64,000 bases of DNA from assembly GCA_951406725.2 (NCBI GenBank), contig OX597817.1:154938001-155002000 (forward strand). Direction: 5' to 3'. The first letter of the stretch is position 1; each line of letters starts with the position of its first letter. This stretch comes from Octopus vulgaris (taxonomy: Eukaryota). The translations under genes and the position numbers were made by a program. Of this stretch, positions 1 through 12,843 are shown piece after piece. The notes beneath the pieces were generated by a model that was given only the letters and a program-made list of their open reading frames with translations, did no database searches and was not told where the DNA came from.

Positions 1-1725
1 AGTACACAACTGGTATTTAGTTTATCGATCCCCCTCCCCCAAGGATGAAAGGTAAAGTTGACCTTGGTGGAACTTGAACTCAGAATTTAGCAACAGGCGA
101 AATACCACTAAGCATTTTACCTGGCATGCTAACGATTCTGCTAGCTTACTGCCTTACACCAGCTTAATGACAAAGCTATTTCCCAAATTAATTGAAATTG
201 AGGCAGTGTTTTTCAATAGAAATAAGGTAGTGAAAAAGGTTAATCTCACAGTTCAGTAATGACTGGATGGACCATGGTACATATCACTCAATCTTGTTTG
301 ATTTGGAAATGTGCATAAAGGACTCGACTTCACATTTATCACTGCACATAAATCTCCATTCTTGTACCATATCAAAAGTGTTCAATATTTGTGTTTGAAA
401 TGATAATGTATGTGCATGAATGTATGTCTGCAGGGATTTGCATTTTCGGGCGTTTGAGTATGTATGTATGTTTGTTTTCCATACAACTGGGTTTCATGAT
501 GTTCTATGCTGGAGTATGAAACAAACTTCTCAGGCACAAGCGTGGTTGTGAGGCTTGCAGATTTGCTTCTCAGTTACTAAGTTTTGGGTTTAAGTCACTG
601 CATGGCACCTTTGGCAAGTGTTTTCTACTGTAGGCTCTCATCAACCAACATCTTGTGAGTGAATTTGAAAGGTGGAAAATGCAGGAAGCCTTGTGTGTGT
701 GTGTGTGTGTGTGTGTGTGGATATTATGATCTGTTCTTTCACGAAGATAGTGCTTAGTTATAAACAGTGAACTTTGTTGACAATTTTGAGTCAACAAATC
801 AATCAGATAACTCTTGTACTTTCAATCAAAGATCCATGGAATTAAGAAAATTTCTCAGTTGATTAGCAGGTAAAGGTTTCGCAAGAGGAAGTTAATCATT
901 GCTTCAATAATATGTAACCATGCAAGCTTGGCATAAACAGACATAAAGTGAATAAATAAATGAACATTGCAAATGAGAAGTGCCAACATTGTCAATCAAA
1001 TGAAGTCCTTATTGCCAAGCTGTATTAAATGATAAATATATATCTGTTCAATACACTCAGAACAATATAATTTCAGTTGGCCATCCATCTAACTACAGTT
1101 ATTTCAGTGACCTATCCACTCCATATAGTCTGTTACTATATTTGTCATGTCTGTGCATGAAAGAGCTATACTTGATGCAGAAGAGAGTGAGAGGGAGGAA
1201 GAAATGTATACTTTTTTTCTTCAACAGTTTCAGTAACTGATGGTAGGGGGTCGTTCAACTTATTAGAAATAACAGTCAAGTACCCCCTACTTTTTAATAC
1301 ATACAAAACCAAAAGTGTTACAGGTACTTGAACATTTCTTGTTGATGACCAGTGTTTGAGTATCTGCTTAAAATATATCAACATGTATTTGTTTGATCTG
1401 TCTGTTTGTTTATCTATCTTTACATCTTATATATTTTTTCTGCATTCATGTCTGCACACATATGCACTCAAGCAGACATGTGTTCATATAGCCATGCTAG
1501 ATAGACATATTGCCAGTAGGTAAGCTTAAAATATGGTTGATATATTATAGTAAGCAGATACTCACTTAGTAATGATCATTGTTAACACGACTATCACAGT
1601 GACAGTTATGTGTGTGTGTATGTGTCTCTGTGTTTGCAAGTATATTTAATTTATGTATGTGAGTATGTATGGTTATATGCATATGTAAAGACCCGACAAA
1701 TAACGTGAGTTCACGGATGTTTCCT

Positions 1726-2210
1726 GCACCATTTTCGCATCACAGCCCCAGCCCATCCAAAGTACCTTGGATTGCAGAACGACCTGCTGTGCTTACATTG
1801 GATCGTAGGGTGACCTGCTATGCTTGAGGAGGCCTATTGAGTCAAGTGCATCAACATCAAAATAAATATCAAATGGAAATTGTAGTTTTGATACCTGTGC
1901 CAGTGGCACATAAAAAGCACCATGAAAACGTGGCTGATGCCAGCACCACCTTGACTGGCTTCCATGCCGGTGGCACGTAAAAAGCACCAACTGATCATGG
2001 CCACTGCCAGCCTCTCCTGGCACCCGTGCCAGTGGCACGTAAAAAGCACCCACTACACTCACGGAGTGGTTGGCATTAGGAAGGGCATCCAGCTGTAGAA
2101 ACACTGCCATATCAGACTGGAGCCTGGGGCAGCCTCCTGGCTTCCCAGACCCCGGTCGAACCGTCCAACCCATGCTAGCACGGAAAACGGACATTAAACG
2201 ATGATGATGA
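1726..2210 (+). mobile_element. Retroposon family E with (GAT)n tail and internal GTGCCRGTGGCACRTAAAAAGCACC repeats
   Basis: Copies at about 8377-8548(-), 16562-16622(-), 19471-19820(-), 46696-46873(+), 47169-47310(+), 49232-49710(+). Variably 5'-truncated, and the tail motif matches that of the RTE fragment at 43462. Confidence 0.85.
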
Positions 2211-2750
2211 TATATGATGTGTTGCATCATTGGATAGACTGTTTTGTAATACAAGTTCCAAGTCTCTGGACTCAGACTTCAAATCTCACTGAGATCAACT
2301 TTTCAGGATTGATAAAAGAGAAGTACCAATCCATTAGAGAATAAGGCGAGATGCTTTATGGTATCTGTTCCATTCTTTGCATTCTGACAGCAATACTTGC
2401 AATGACACTGGTGCTAGGCTGTATTTGCCAAATTCAGTGGTCTTTCCCTTGGATAAGTAGCAATGAAGGGAGATGTGCATGTACAGACAACTGCTAGAAT
2501 GCCTCAAAAATCTTGTCAAAGCCCATACATACATATATGGATAAACGGTCATCCTTGACCAATAGAGGGCATATATATGTATGTCACTTTAGTGACGTCT
2601 ATAAATATGTCTTTAGGTTGTTATATTGAAAATAAGCTACTCATATTATTTGTAGTTTTCACTTTTACTGTTTTTGAAATCAGTATATGAGTTCAATGGA
2701 TTTCTTTTAAGCTGACAAGGTGAGTTGAGTTTAACCCTAGGCACAGTAAG

Positions 2751-2811
2751 AGCCACCGATGAGAATTAAGATGTTCTAGCATCAAAATTCAAAATCACCG
2801 GTGATCTGGCT
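2751..2811 (+). ncRNA. Degenerate minimal type I hammerhead ribozyme fold
   Basis: Stem I AGCCA/TGGCT. Core CCGATGA (U4C). Stem II GAATT/AATTC. AAAA in place of GAAA (G12A). Palindromic stem III ATCACCGGTGAT with AUC triplet. Confidence 0.65.
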
Positions 2812-3946
2812 ATGTCCATTAGGGATCTTGTCTCCCTTGCCAGTCATTAAGATAGTGCTTCTGTGGCTATTGAGTTGTTTTGACTCTTACTTCTAGCAAT
2901 ACTGGTACTTCTTAGTACTCTCTGTCATTTTAGTGACATCTGTAAATTTGCCTTTAGGTTGTTAAATTGCTAATAAGCCACCCATATTATATGTATGTAC
3001 TTGTGTGTGTGTGTGTGTTATATACATATGTATGTATTTATGTGTGTATATACATATGTATGCATATATATATATATATAATGTATGTATGCATGTGTAT
3101 ATGTATGTATATAATCATATATATACATACATACATATATATATATATATCATCATTTTAGCTTCAAAGTGCATTTTCCATACATGCATGGGTAGAATAC
3201 TTTGTTGAGGCAAATTTTTCTTCTGCCAGATGCTCTTCCTGCCCCTAACTCTTACCAGTTTCAAGTCAAGACAATATTTCCCTATTGAGACTGGAAATGA
3301 ACTATGTTGCTTGTATAATGGTGGTGCTTCTTTACAACCATTACATAATATCAAAACAAAGGTATGCACATGCATATGACAGGCTTCTTCCAATTTCAGC
3401 CTCCCAAATCCACTCACAAGGCTTTAATTGGCCTGGATCTATAGCAAAAGACTCTTACCCTATATCTCTTTCTTGATATTCAATGCAACTACCACAAATA
3501 CAAATTCCTCTGTAAAAGGCCAATACCTGCTGCAAGTAATAAGGCTGATAACATGATCACTGCACAAATTATTCATCAGTGCTTAGTGATAAAATTGTGT
3601 CTGTAGACACTTTATACATCTCAAAGAAAAAGCCAAGCATTGGCAACCTTTTTTAACGAGTGGACTGCATGAGACGTGGCTCATCGTCAGGTGAGCTGCA
3701 GCATTAAAACACTCTCTCTTTACTCTTTACTCTTTTACTTGTTTCAGTCATTTGACTGCGGCCATGCTGGAGCACCGCCTTTAGTCGAGCAAATCGACCC
3801 CGGGACTTATTCTTTGTAAGCCCAGTACTTATTCTATCGGTCTCTTTTGCCGAACCGCTAAGTGACGGGGACGTAAACACACCAGCATCGGTTGTCAAGC
3901 AATGCTAGGGGGGACAAACACAGACACACAAACATATACACACACA

Positions 3947-3984
<38 letters not shown>

Positions 3985-4603
3985 TATGACAGGCTTCTTT
4001 CAGTTTCTGTCTACCAAATCCACTCACAAGGCTTTGGTCGGCCCGAGACTATAGCAGAAGACACTTGCCCAAGATGCCACGCAGTGGGACTGAACCCGGA
4101 ACCATGTGGTTGGCTAGCAAGCTACTTACCTCACAGCCACTCCTGCGCCTCTAAGGTAATTTTTTTGTGAGGTGTACCGTTCAAAAAGTCCCAAAGGCCG
4201 CAGCTTGCTGTTGACTGCTCTAAGCTACCCCAGCAACTTTCTCAACCATCTGAAGCCACAGACTCGTAAACATAGAAAGAACCCCCTACCCCCACCTTTT
4301 TCTTTTTTTTTAAGAATTTGGATGCGCCATATTTGTACAATGCCAAAGGACTGATCATCTAAAAATTGATGTCATACTGCTGTACCTGCACTTAGTGAAG
4401 ATATTACTCTTTTACTTGTTTCAGTCATTTGACTGCAGCCATGCTGGAGCACCGCCTTTAATCGAGCAACTCGACCCCAGGACTTATTCTTTGTAAGCCC
4501 AGTACTTATTCTATCGGTCTCTTTTGCTGAACTGCTAAGTTACGGGGACATAAACACACCAGCTTCGGTTGTCAAGCAATGCTAGGGGGACAAACACAAG
4601 CAT

Positions 4604-4654
<51 letters not shown>

Positions 4655-5451
4655 TACGATGGGCTTCTTTCAGTTTCCTTCTACCAAATCCACTCACAAG
4701 GCTTTGGTCAGCCCGAGGCTATAGTAGAAGACAGCCCAAGGTTGCTGAACCCGGAAGGTGCCACACCACACAGCCACTCCTGCACCTATGTTTATCTTAT
4801 GAATTTCAGTTGTTCCCAGTAACAACCTATTTGATTTTGAAGGGTTGTATTTACCACTGAGTGGTATGTGTTTTGTTATGGTCATCAACAAATCTCAGAA
4901 GTAAATATTCTTTTCTACTCTCGGCACAAGGCCCGAAATTTCGAGGGAGGGGGCCAGTCAATTAGATCGACCCCAGTATGCAACTGGTACTTAAGTTACC
5001 TCGAAAGGACGAAAGGCAAAGTCGACCTTAGCGGAATTTGAACTCAGAACATACACACGAAATACCACTAAGCATTTCGCCCAGCATGCTAATTATTCCG
5101 CCAGCTCGCCACCCTCCCAGAAGTAAATATTAAAGGTGATGTGATTTGCAACTGGATGATCTGTGTGTGTTCCCATTGCCAATAATGTTGGCTGTCTCAT
5201 GAGTCAGAACACAAAACAATTTGTATGTGTATACTCAACAAGGGAAAACAAAAAGCATTGTTTATCAAGAAGCTTTACCATAATATAAATGAATTACTTT
5301 GTGACATTAATTCTCTACAACATTAATTGCTTGAGTCTTTACCTTTGCCCTAGGCACTGTCAGTTATTTTGTTTGGCTAGAACGTACATAGATACTTTAG
5401 AATATGATATAAAATGTGCATGTATATGTGTGTATATATGTTTGTGTATAG

Positions 5452-5485
<34 letters not shown>

Positions 5486-6070
5486 ATGCACACGCACACA
5501 CACACACACACGCACACACACACACACATTCCTTCTGCTGTATTATTTTAAATAGCATTTTTGTGAAAGATTTCTGTGCATGAATTTTAAAGTATTTGCT
5601 AAGTTGCATACATACTGTATGTGTTAGAGAGAATATGTGTGGGTGTGTTCATGTATGTATGTATGTTGTTCATGAGTACGTGTGTGGAAGAGTGAGTATG
5701 TGTTTGTATTTTTTTTACTAAGTGATTAAAAAAAGTGAACACAAAACATTAAAATTGAAAGCAAATATTTCAGTAAGTAGACGGAAATAAAATAACTCTT
5801 TTATTTTTCTTTACTCAGAAATGGAATTTAATGGATTAAAAATATTTTTAATGGATTTTTAAAAATCTATAAGTAGTAACATACTGAAAAATCATATGAA
5901 AAGACATGTTTAAGAGTTTTTTTTTCTTTAGAAAAGACTTTATATTAAAATCATTAGAGCACAGATTGATAGGTTTGTGAATAGCTAGCCACAGGCTTTG
6001 GTAATTCATATACTATCATTGGACTGTGCTGTGTTGGTGGATAGGGCTTCCCAAAGGATCTGGTCCACCT

Positions 6071-6338
6071 AGTTAAGTTAAGTTAATTTAATTTTTTGGC
6101 TCACAAAGCAAAAAGCAAGGCCATGTAGGGGGACATAGAGTTATGTACAGGGTGGTGTTCATGCACAGAGTTCAGGCCATTTGTGGTCAAGGGAGACTTT
6201 GAACCGAGTGGTCGTCGGCATCTTCACTATCTCGTCCGGCAGCTTATTCCACGGATCCGCAACCCGGATGGAGAAAGCCCCTCTCCTTTGATTGAGATGA
6301 AATCGTCGCAGATAGAGCTTTTCGGAGTGACTCCGCAG
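6071..6338 (-). mobile_element. CR1-clade LINE 3' fragment
   Basis: Minus strand 6338-6159 encodes LRSHSEKLYLRRFHLNQRRGAFSIRVADPWNKLPDEIVKMPTTTRFKVSLDHKWPELCA*, a CR1 ORF2 C-terminus, followed by a (TTAAC)n tail. Confidence 0.85.
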
Positions 6339-6574
6339 TTAGACAGGTACCCTGTGTTTGAAGAACAAAGAATTCCTCAAAGCAGCAGCATCACTGTAAA
6401 TTTGTTAAGTGGTGTGTAGGTTTGCAAACCCTAAGTTCAACTCTTCCGGTATGTTCTTCCACAGAATTCTTATATGAAGATCAGTCCTTCAGTTGCGCCC
6501 CAACAATGATCAAGGTTACAAGATTCTCTGATGAAATCACATGATAATCAACTGCAGTGTTGTAAATGTGTGTG

Positions 6575-6741
6575 CAGGGCCGGCCCCAAGGTTGCTGGCA
6601 CCCCCAAGCAAGCTAAACTTTGGTGTGTACAAGCTGATGGTCATGGAAATTTCCTTGTGTTTGTCACAACCTCCTCGGCACTCCCTAACACCTGGTGAAC
6701 CAGGTGACTGCCCGAGTTGCTGCTACCTTGAGCCAGCCCTG
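6575..6741. mobile_element. hAT-like MITE
   Basis: Termini CAGGGCCGGCCCCAAGG and CCTTGAGCCAGCCCTG. 8-bp flanks TGTGTGTG and TGTGTTTG. Confidence 0.6.
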
Positions 6742-6904
6742 TGTGTTTGTGTGTGGAAGGGGTGCTTAAGCTGTCTTTTTTGTAAATCACAAGAACCTAT
6801 AAATTATAGTTTCCTTGCCACTGACATGAAATGAGGAAAGATAAATAGGATGCTGCTCTATTTACAGACAGCTTTACCAATTTCACATTGTTATTTCTAG
6901 TTAC

Positions 6905-7172
6905 TGTGGTGGGTTATATACCTCTTGTGGTACCTAATTTCAGATGGATGGATTATACCTTAGTGTAGTACCCACTTACAGCTAAGTTGACTGAACCTTG
7001 CTATGGTACCTTACAACTCGGTGGATTATACCCTGCTGTAGTACTTACTTACAACTAGAAGGGTTGTCCCTCACTGTGGCATTTACTTACAGTGAGGACA
7101 CTATTTCACTGTGGTACTACAGCAAAATAGACCCTACTTCACTGTTGTACGTACTTACTGCTAGAAAGGATG
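6905..7172. repeat. Degenerate minisatellite with a unit of about 35-40 bp
   Basis: Recurrent GGATTATACC..CTGTRGTAC.TACTTACA.CTAG motif, about 7 units. Confidence 0.6.
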
Positions 7173-7878
7173 TACTGATTGAGTATACTCTTTTACTTGT
7201 TTCAGTCATTTGACTGCGGCCATGCTGGAGCACCACCTTTTGTCGAGCAACTCGACCCTGGGACTTATTCTTTTCTAAGCCCAGTACTTATTCTATCGGT
7301 CTCTTTTGCTGAACCGCTAAGTAACGGGGACATAAACACACCAGCACCGGTTGTCAAGCAATGCTAGGGGACAAACACAGACACACAAACACACACACGC
7401 ATACATATATACGATGGGCTTCTTTCAGTTTCCGTCTACCAAATTCACTCACAAGGCTTTGGTCGACCCGAGGCTTTGGCAGAAGACACTTGCCCAAGGT
7501 GCCACGCAGTGGGACTGAACCCGGAACCATGTGGTTGGCAGACAAGCTACTTACCACACAGCCACTCCTGCGCCTATGCATATGTATTGTGGTACTTGAC
7601 TGTGTTATCTACTTATGGCTAGATGTATTTGACCATTCAGAGCTAAATGCAATGTTAACCACAAACACAACGCTTGTGTGGATTTACTAATTGTTTTGAA
7701 GTTCTTTTATAATCCTGAACAGTGATATCAAAGGATTCTTTGGATATATTAGCTTTTCCTTAGTTACCATCCAATTCATTCTACATTGTTTCAGTTTACT
7801 CTGCTTGCAGGAATAGCTACCAGATCTTAAAATGTTATTTGTGATAGACTGTCATTCTACTCCTTGTAGGAAAATGTT

Positions 7879-7934
<56 letters not shown>

Positions 7935-8877
7935 CTCCTCCCCCCCACTTTAGGAAAACGAAGCTAAGCACCAGTGCACAAATGTTTAGAACTTTCAACA
8001 CATTTATCTTTATCTCTAGAACCTGCTTACTGCAGAGTGAGACGATTGGGCACAGCTGTTTGGACATTGATGATTTGGTATGGTTGACTGGATATTCAAT
8101 TTGTTTTGGTGACAGTACATTTTAGAACTGGAAAGAAAGACACACATACATTTGCATGCATATATACAGATATATATATATATAATCAAAATAAGCAACA
8201 AGAATATCTCTGGTAATTTGGTACGATCGTTTCATGCTACATCATTTTATTAAGTATTGTAAGTATTACAACAGTTTTAAAATGTTGAACAATCACCCCA
8301 TGGATTTATATGGATAACACCATACAAAATTCTGGTGCATCTAACTTAAGTACCATATATATATATATATATATTATCATCATCATCATTTAGCATCCGT
8401 TTTCCATGCTAGCATGGGTTGGACGGTTCAACTGGGGTCTGTGAAGCCAGAAGGCTGCATCAGGCCCAGTCAGATCTGGCAGTGTTTCTACGGCTGGATG
8501 CCTTTCCTAACGCCAACCACTCCGTGAGTGTAGTGGGTGCTTTTTACGTATATATATATGTATCAAGAGAGTGGGGTGCAGAGAAATAGACATTATACAT
8601 ATAAACATAACTATGTTCACATAAAATCAAAAATCGAAAGGAGAGAGAACAAGAGAAGCATTGAAATGTTTGATAGCAAGTAAGTCAGTGTGGAATCACC
8701 AATGCCAAGCAGGTGGTGCCAAAAGAGTTTTACTGAGATTTTTCATACAGTACTTACTACTTAGAAAGTGAGCTTCTACATTGTTTGACCTTCTAGAAAG
8801 GAGAAACCATATTTCCCTCAAACTAGACCTTACTGTTTGAAAAATCAACGTAGAACACATAAATGTAATGTTGAATG

Positions 8878-9291
8878 GGATCTTTTCGGTTTGAACGGCA
8901 GTTTTTAACATAATTTCTAGGTAACTAAAAAATTTTAAACTTCGTATACTGGTAGAATGTGTTTATAAAACATCTTTTTCTCTTGGCTTTATTGAGAAAA
9001 TTCTATAGTTTGTAAGATATTTGTTGTTTTTTTCTTCAATTTCTGCAATTTCAACGAATCACTGACATCTATTGAGGTAAACAAAAAAACATTCTGTGCT
9101 GTATGAATATGTCCCTCGTTTAAGAAACAGATTAGGTTTATTTACATTTGTGAAGAAAAAAAGATACCCTTCCCCCACCCCTAACCCTAAAACAGATTGA
9201 AATGCAATAGATCGATACTAGGGTCATAATTATGGGTGACAATTTCATATGACTCCGCTAGAAAAAACTGCCGTTCAAATCGAAAAGATCC
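8878..9291. mobile_element. MITE with GG..CC termini and 8-bp TSD (Merlin-like)
   Basis: TIR GGATCTTTTCG(G/A)TTTGAACGGCAGTTTTT. Flanks GTTGAATG and GCTGAATG. Short internal CCCTAA repeats. Confidence 0.8.
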
Positions 9292-9695
9292 GCTGAATGC
9301 ACTAGGGGGATGGTCATGACTGGAATGGTTTTGATTATGTCTGTTCAGTCAAGGCAGACCTAAATTCATGGACAAAGCAGTGATAGTGATTTGGTAAGAA
9401 ATCTTGTCTTTTTGGCCCACAGATAGACGCAGTGTCAACATGGTGAGCTATGGCTGTTTAAGTCTTCGTTTTATTGTTCCCAGCAATAAGTCAAACTAAA
9501 GTGAGGACCTTCATTGAACTACTGAAACAATAATTAAGCTTTTTATTTTATTTGGTTTTACAAATTGGCTTGTCCTAACTGGTACAGGTTAGATAGGTTT
9601 GCAAATTGCTCAGCTGGGCAGCCTCATGTCCCATCTGCCATTCTCCATCCCACCACACTAAGAGAATCTATGCCATCTTTGTCAACAAGCAATGC

Positions 9696-9802
9696 TGGTG
9701 GTGGCAGTGGTAGTGGCAGCAGCAGCAGTGGCGGCGGTGGTAGTGTTGTTGTTGTTAGTGGTGGTGGTGCTGGTGGTGGTGGTGGTGGTGCTGGTGGTGG
9801 TG
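9696..9802. repeat. (GGT/GCA)n trinucleotide tract
   Basis: Read directly. Confidence 0.9.
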
Positions 9803-10068
9803 TTTGGTTACAGTTTTCACTGTTGTAATGGTTTTTGGTTTGGTGGTTGTTGTCTTGGTAGTGTAATGATAGTAAAAGAACTGGTAGCAGTAGAATGAAA
9901 GGTGGGGGGGGGCAGCCATTTAACAAACACTTCAGACAAGTCTGAGGATAAAATAAGACCATAGTAGACGGGGGGGGGGTAAGGGGAACAGGGAGAGGAG
10001 ATAAATATTACATTGTCAGCACCCTCTTCTCTAACCTCCACCACCACCACTTTATAAGATGTGTCGCG

Positions 10069-10100
<32 letters not shown>

Positions 10101-10427
10101 TACACAGGCTTGATGGAAATTTATCAAGCATGTGACACTAACATGGTTCCTCCTTAGAACATGATTTGATGTGTGTTTTTATCTCAGTGGCCCTGACCCT
10201 TGAAGGAAGGAGGAGGAGAACTTAGGGACATTGGTTATAAAGAGAGGTGGAACACAATATATATATTCAATATACATAGTTATGTGTTTGTGTGTGCGCA
10301 TGCATGTGTGTGTGTGTGTGTGTGTCACACACACATGAAACCAATTTTCTTGAAAATTTATTTTGTACCTTCTCACATCGTTCCAGCCTTACACAGCAAA
10401 TCTCTTTACAAACATCTCTCTCTCTCT

Positions 10428-10482
<55 letters not shown>

Positions 10483-10483
<1 letters not shown>

Positions 10484-10692
10484 TAATAAATAAAATATAT
10501 GCATACATACATACATATATGTACGTACCTACATCTACATGTATATATACATGCATATATAAATATATATACGTGAGTACAGGACACCACAACTAGACGT
10601 AGAACTCAATGAGAAACGAAAACGGTAAAAAACCATTTTTTTACAACAGAAAAACAGAGTACAGGACATACTACACAAGGAAAAATCCCCTT
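10483..10692 (-). mobile_element. Second, shorter copy of the 24597-24933 element
   Basis: About 200 bp of similarity to 24679-24893, flanked by (TA)n. Confidence 0.6.
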
Positions 10693-10957
10693 ATATATAT
10701 ATATATGCACACTGCTATCCATGCCATAAATTCACAGGATCTTTTCCAATTCACACATTCATACAACACACAGCTCTTCTCACATTCATATTAAATGCCA
10801 CTAAACTCACACTGCCTCCTTAACACATATTTTCATATGACACACATCAAAACAGTTATTTACATTCATGTTACACAAACTCACGTACATTATCCATATT
10901 ATGTACACACACACTAGTACACAAATGTGTGTGTGCATATTATATATATATATATAT

Positions 10958-11313
10958 CTTATATTAAATTAGAAATAAAACCACTATTAGGCAAATCAAA
11001 CAATGAAAAACATAAGCCAATACATAAAATTAATTAATTTATATTATTTTAAATATATATCAAAAATATTAAAAGTTTAATAGAAGATAAATAGTAAAAC
11101 ACTACGATCGTTTCATGGCTGTACAATTCGTAATAATTCGAGTTATGGTTACAGTCAATCTTCAGGTAATTGAAATATTTATCTTAGCAAGGTTTAGCTA
11201 TGATTTGCCTAATAGTGGTTTTATCTCTAATTTAATATAATATGATATTTTACTATAAAATTGGATTTAATCCTAAATCTGATTTTTCCCTGTAAGTTTG
11301 GATTTATTCCCAA
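10958..11313. mobile_element. Penelope-like/retrozyme-like short element in (TA)n
   Basis: (TA)n on both sides. 39/40-nt inverted repeat at 10959-10998 vs 11201-11240 encloses a hammerhead fold. Confidence 0.6.
11097..11171 (-). ncRNA. Minimal type I hammerhead ribozyme fold with intact core
   Basis: Minus strand reads AATTAC-CTGAAGA-TTGACTGTA..TACAGCCAT-GAAA-CGATCG-TA-GTGTTT. Palindromic ACGATCGT stem III, GUA triplet. Confidence 0.75.
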
Positions 11314-12377
11314 ATATATATATATATATATATATATATGCCCTCTTTATAATTATACCATATGTTACATATTTATTGTATCATACCTTGATACTGTGTG
11401 GACTAAAATCCCTGTCGACAGGCCACTGGTACTTTCAGTGTGCAAATTAGGGATTCCTTCATAGAGTAACTGCTGCATTTGTTGAGTATATTAACAGTTT
11501 GGCTGCTTGTTTCTCTTGGTTGTTAGAATGACGTAGACCCCTCTGATGAGAAACCAATAGCTGTGGAGAAACAGCTAAAATTTGCCCTGTTTATGATATA
11601 TAATTATATCATGTGTTACATATATATAGATGCAGGAGTGGCATGCTTACCAGCCACATGGTTCCAGGTTTAGTCTTCTACTATATCCTTGTGGTGATAA
11701 GTCTTGTGATTGGATTTGGTACACAGAAACTGAAAGAAGCCCGTCGTATATATATATGTATTTCTTTACTACCCACAAGGGGCTAAACACAGAGGGGACA
11801 AACAAGGACAGACAAAGGGATTAAGTCGATTACATCGACCCCAGTGTGTAAATGGTACTTAATTTATCGACCCCGAAAGGATGAAAGGAAAAGTCGACCT
11901 CAGCGGAATTTGAACTTGGAACGTAACGACAGATGAAATACGGCTACGAATTTCGCCCGGCGTGCTAACGTTTCTACCAGCTCGCCACCTTAAATTCACA
12001 CATACGCCGTCGTGTATATATGTATGTATTTGTGTTTGTGTTTGTCCCTCCACCATCACTTGACAACTATTGTTGTTTGTTTATGTCCTGGTTTGGTGCG
12101 ATAGAATAAGTACTAAGCTTACACAGAATAAGTCCTGGGGTCAATTTCTTCAACTAAAGTCTCTCTCTCTCTCATATCTGTGTGTGATGCAGGTATGATT
12201 GTGTGGTTAAGAAGTTTGCTTTGCAACCAGAAGGTTTTGAGATTCAGTCCCTGTGTGTGCGTATTTGTATAGAGAGAGAGAGAAAGTCAGTTCAAATAAA
12301 CGAATAATAAAATTAAGTGACAACAAGAGGACATGCACAAGGAACGTGTTAGCTTGACACTCAGTAAAAAGAGAGAG

Positions 12378-12414
12378 TTTTTGACATTTCAAACATAGCT
12401 CTTCATCAGAAAGG
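12378..12414 (-). ncRNA. Degenerate minimal hammerhead fold
   Basis: Minus strand reads CCTTT-CTGATGA-AGAGCTATGTTT-GAAA-TGTC-AAAAA. ACGT appears decayed to ATGT. Confidence 0.5.
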
Positions 12415-12810
12415 AGAAGGGAAAAGTCCAAAGAAGGAAAGGAAAGTACAGCTAAAGAACTGTCTACACTGTTCTGCTGTGTGGCACCTTGGGCAAGTAT
12501 CTTCTACTATAGCTTCGGGTCAAACAAAGCCTTGTGAGTGGATTTGGCAGATGGAAACTGAAAGAAGCCCATCGTATATATATGTGTGTGTGTGTTTGTG
12601 TGTCTGTGCTTGTCCCCCCTTCATCGCTTGACATCCAATATTAGTGTGTTTACAACCCTGTAACTTAGCGGGGCAGCAACAGAGACTGATGGAATAAGTA
12701 CTAGGCTTACAAAGAATGATTCTTGAGGTCAATTTGTTTAACTAAAGGCAGTGCTCCAGTATGGCTGCAGTCAAATGACTGAAACAAGTAAATGGCTAAA
12801 TGACTTATGG

Positions 12811-12843
<33 letters not shown>

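Noticed and set aside
1897-2050. CRISPR-like spaced palindromic repeats GTGCCRGTGGCACRTAAAAAGCACC (also about 19640-19775 and 49399-49552)
   Set aside because: They are internal to a dispersed retroposon, the 'spacers' resemble each other (diverged tandem duplication), there are no cas genes, and the context is eukaryotic.
8212-8240. GAAACGATCGTA half-hammerhead on the minus strand in a (TA)n-bounded segment
   Set aside because: No CUGANGA half found. Counted only as a possible truncated relative of the 11097 fold.
9565-9962. Gly-rich and Pro-rich ORFs
   Set aside because: Translations of a (GGT)n microsatellite with no splice or homology support.
11543-11580. CTGATGA...GAAAC hammerhead-like words
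   Set aside because: No convincing stem I or stem II pairing.
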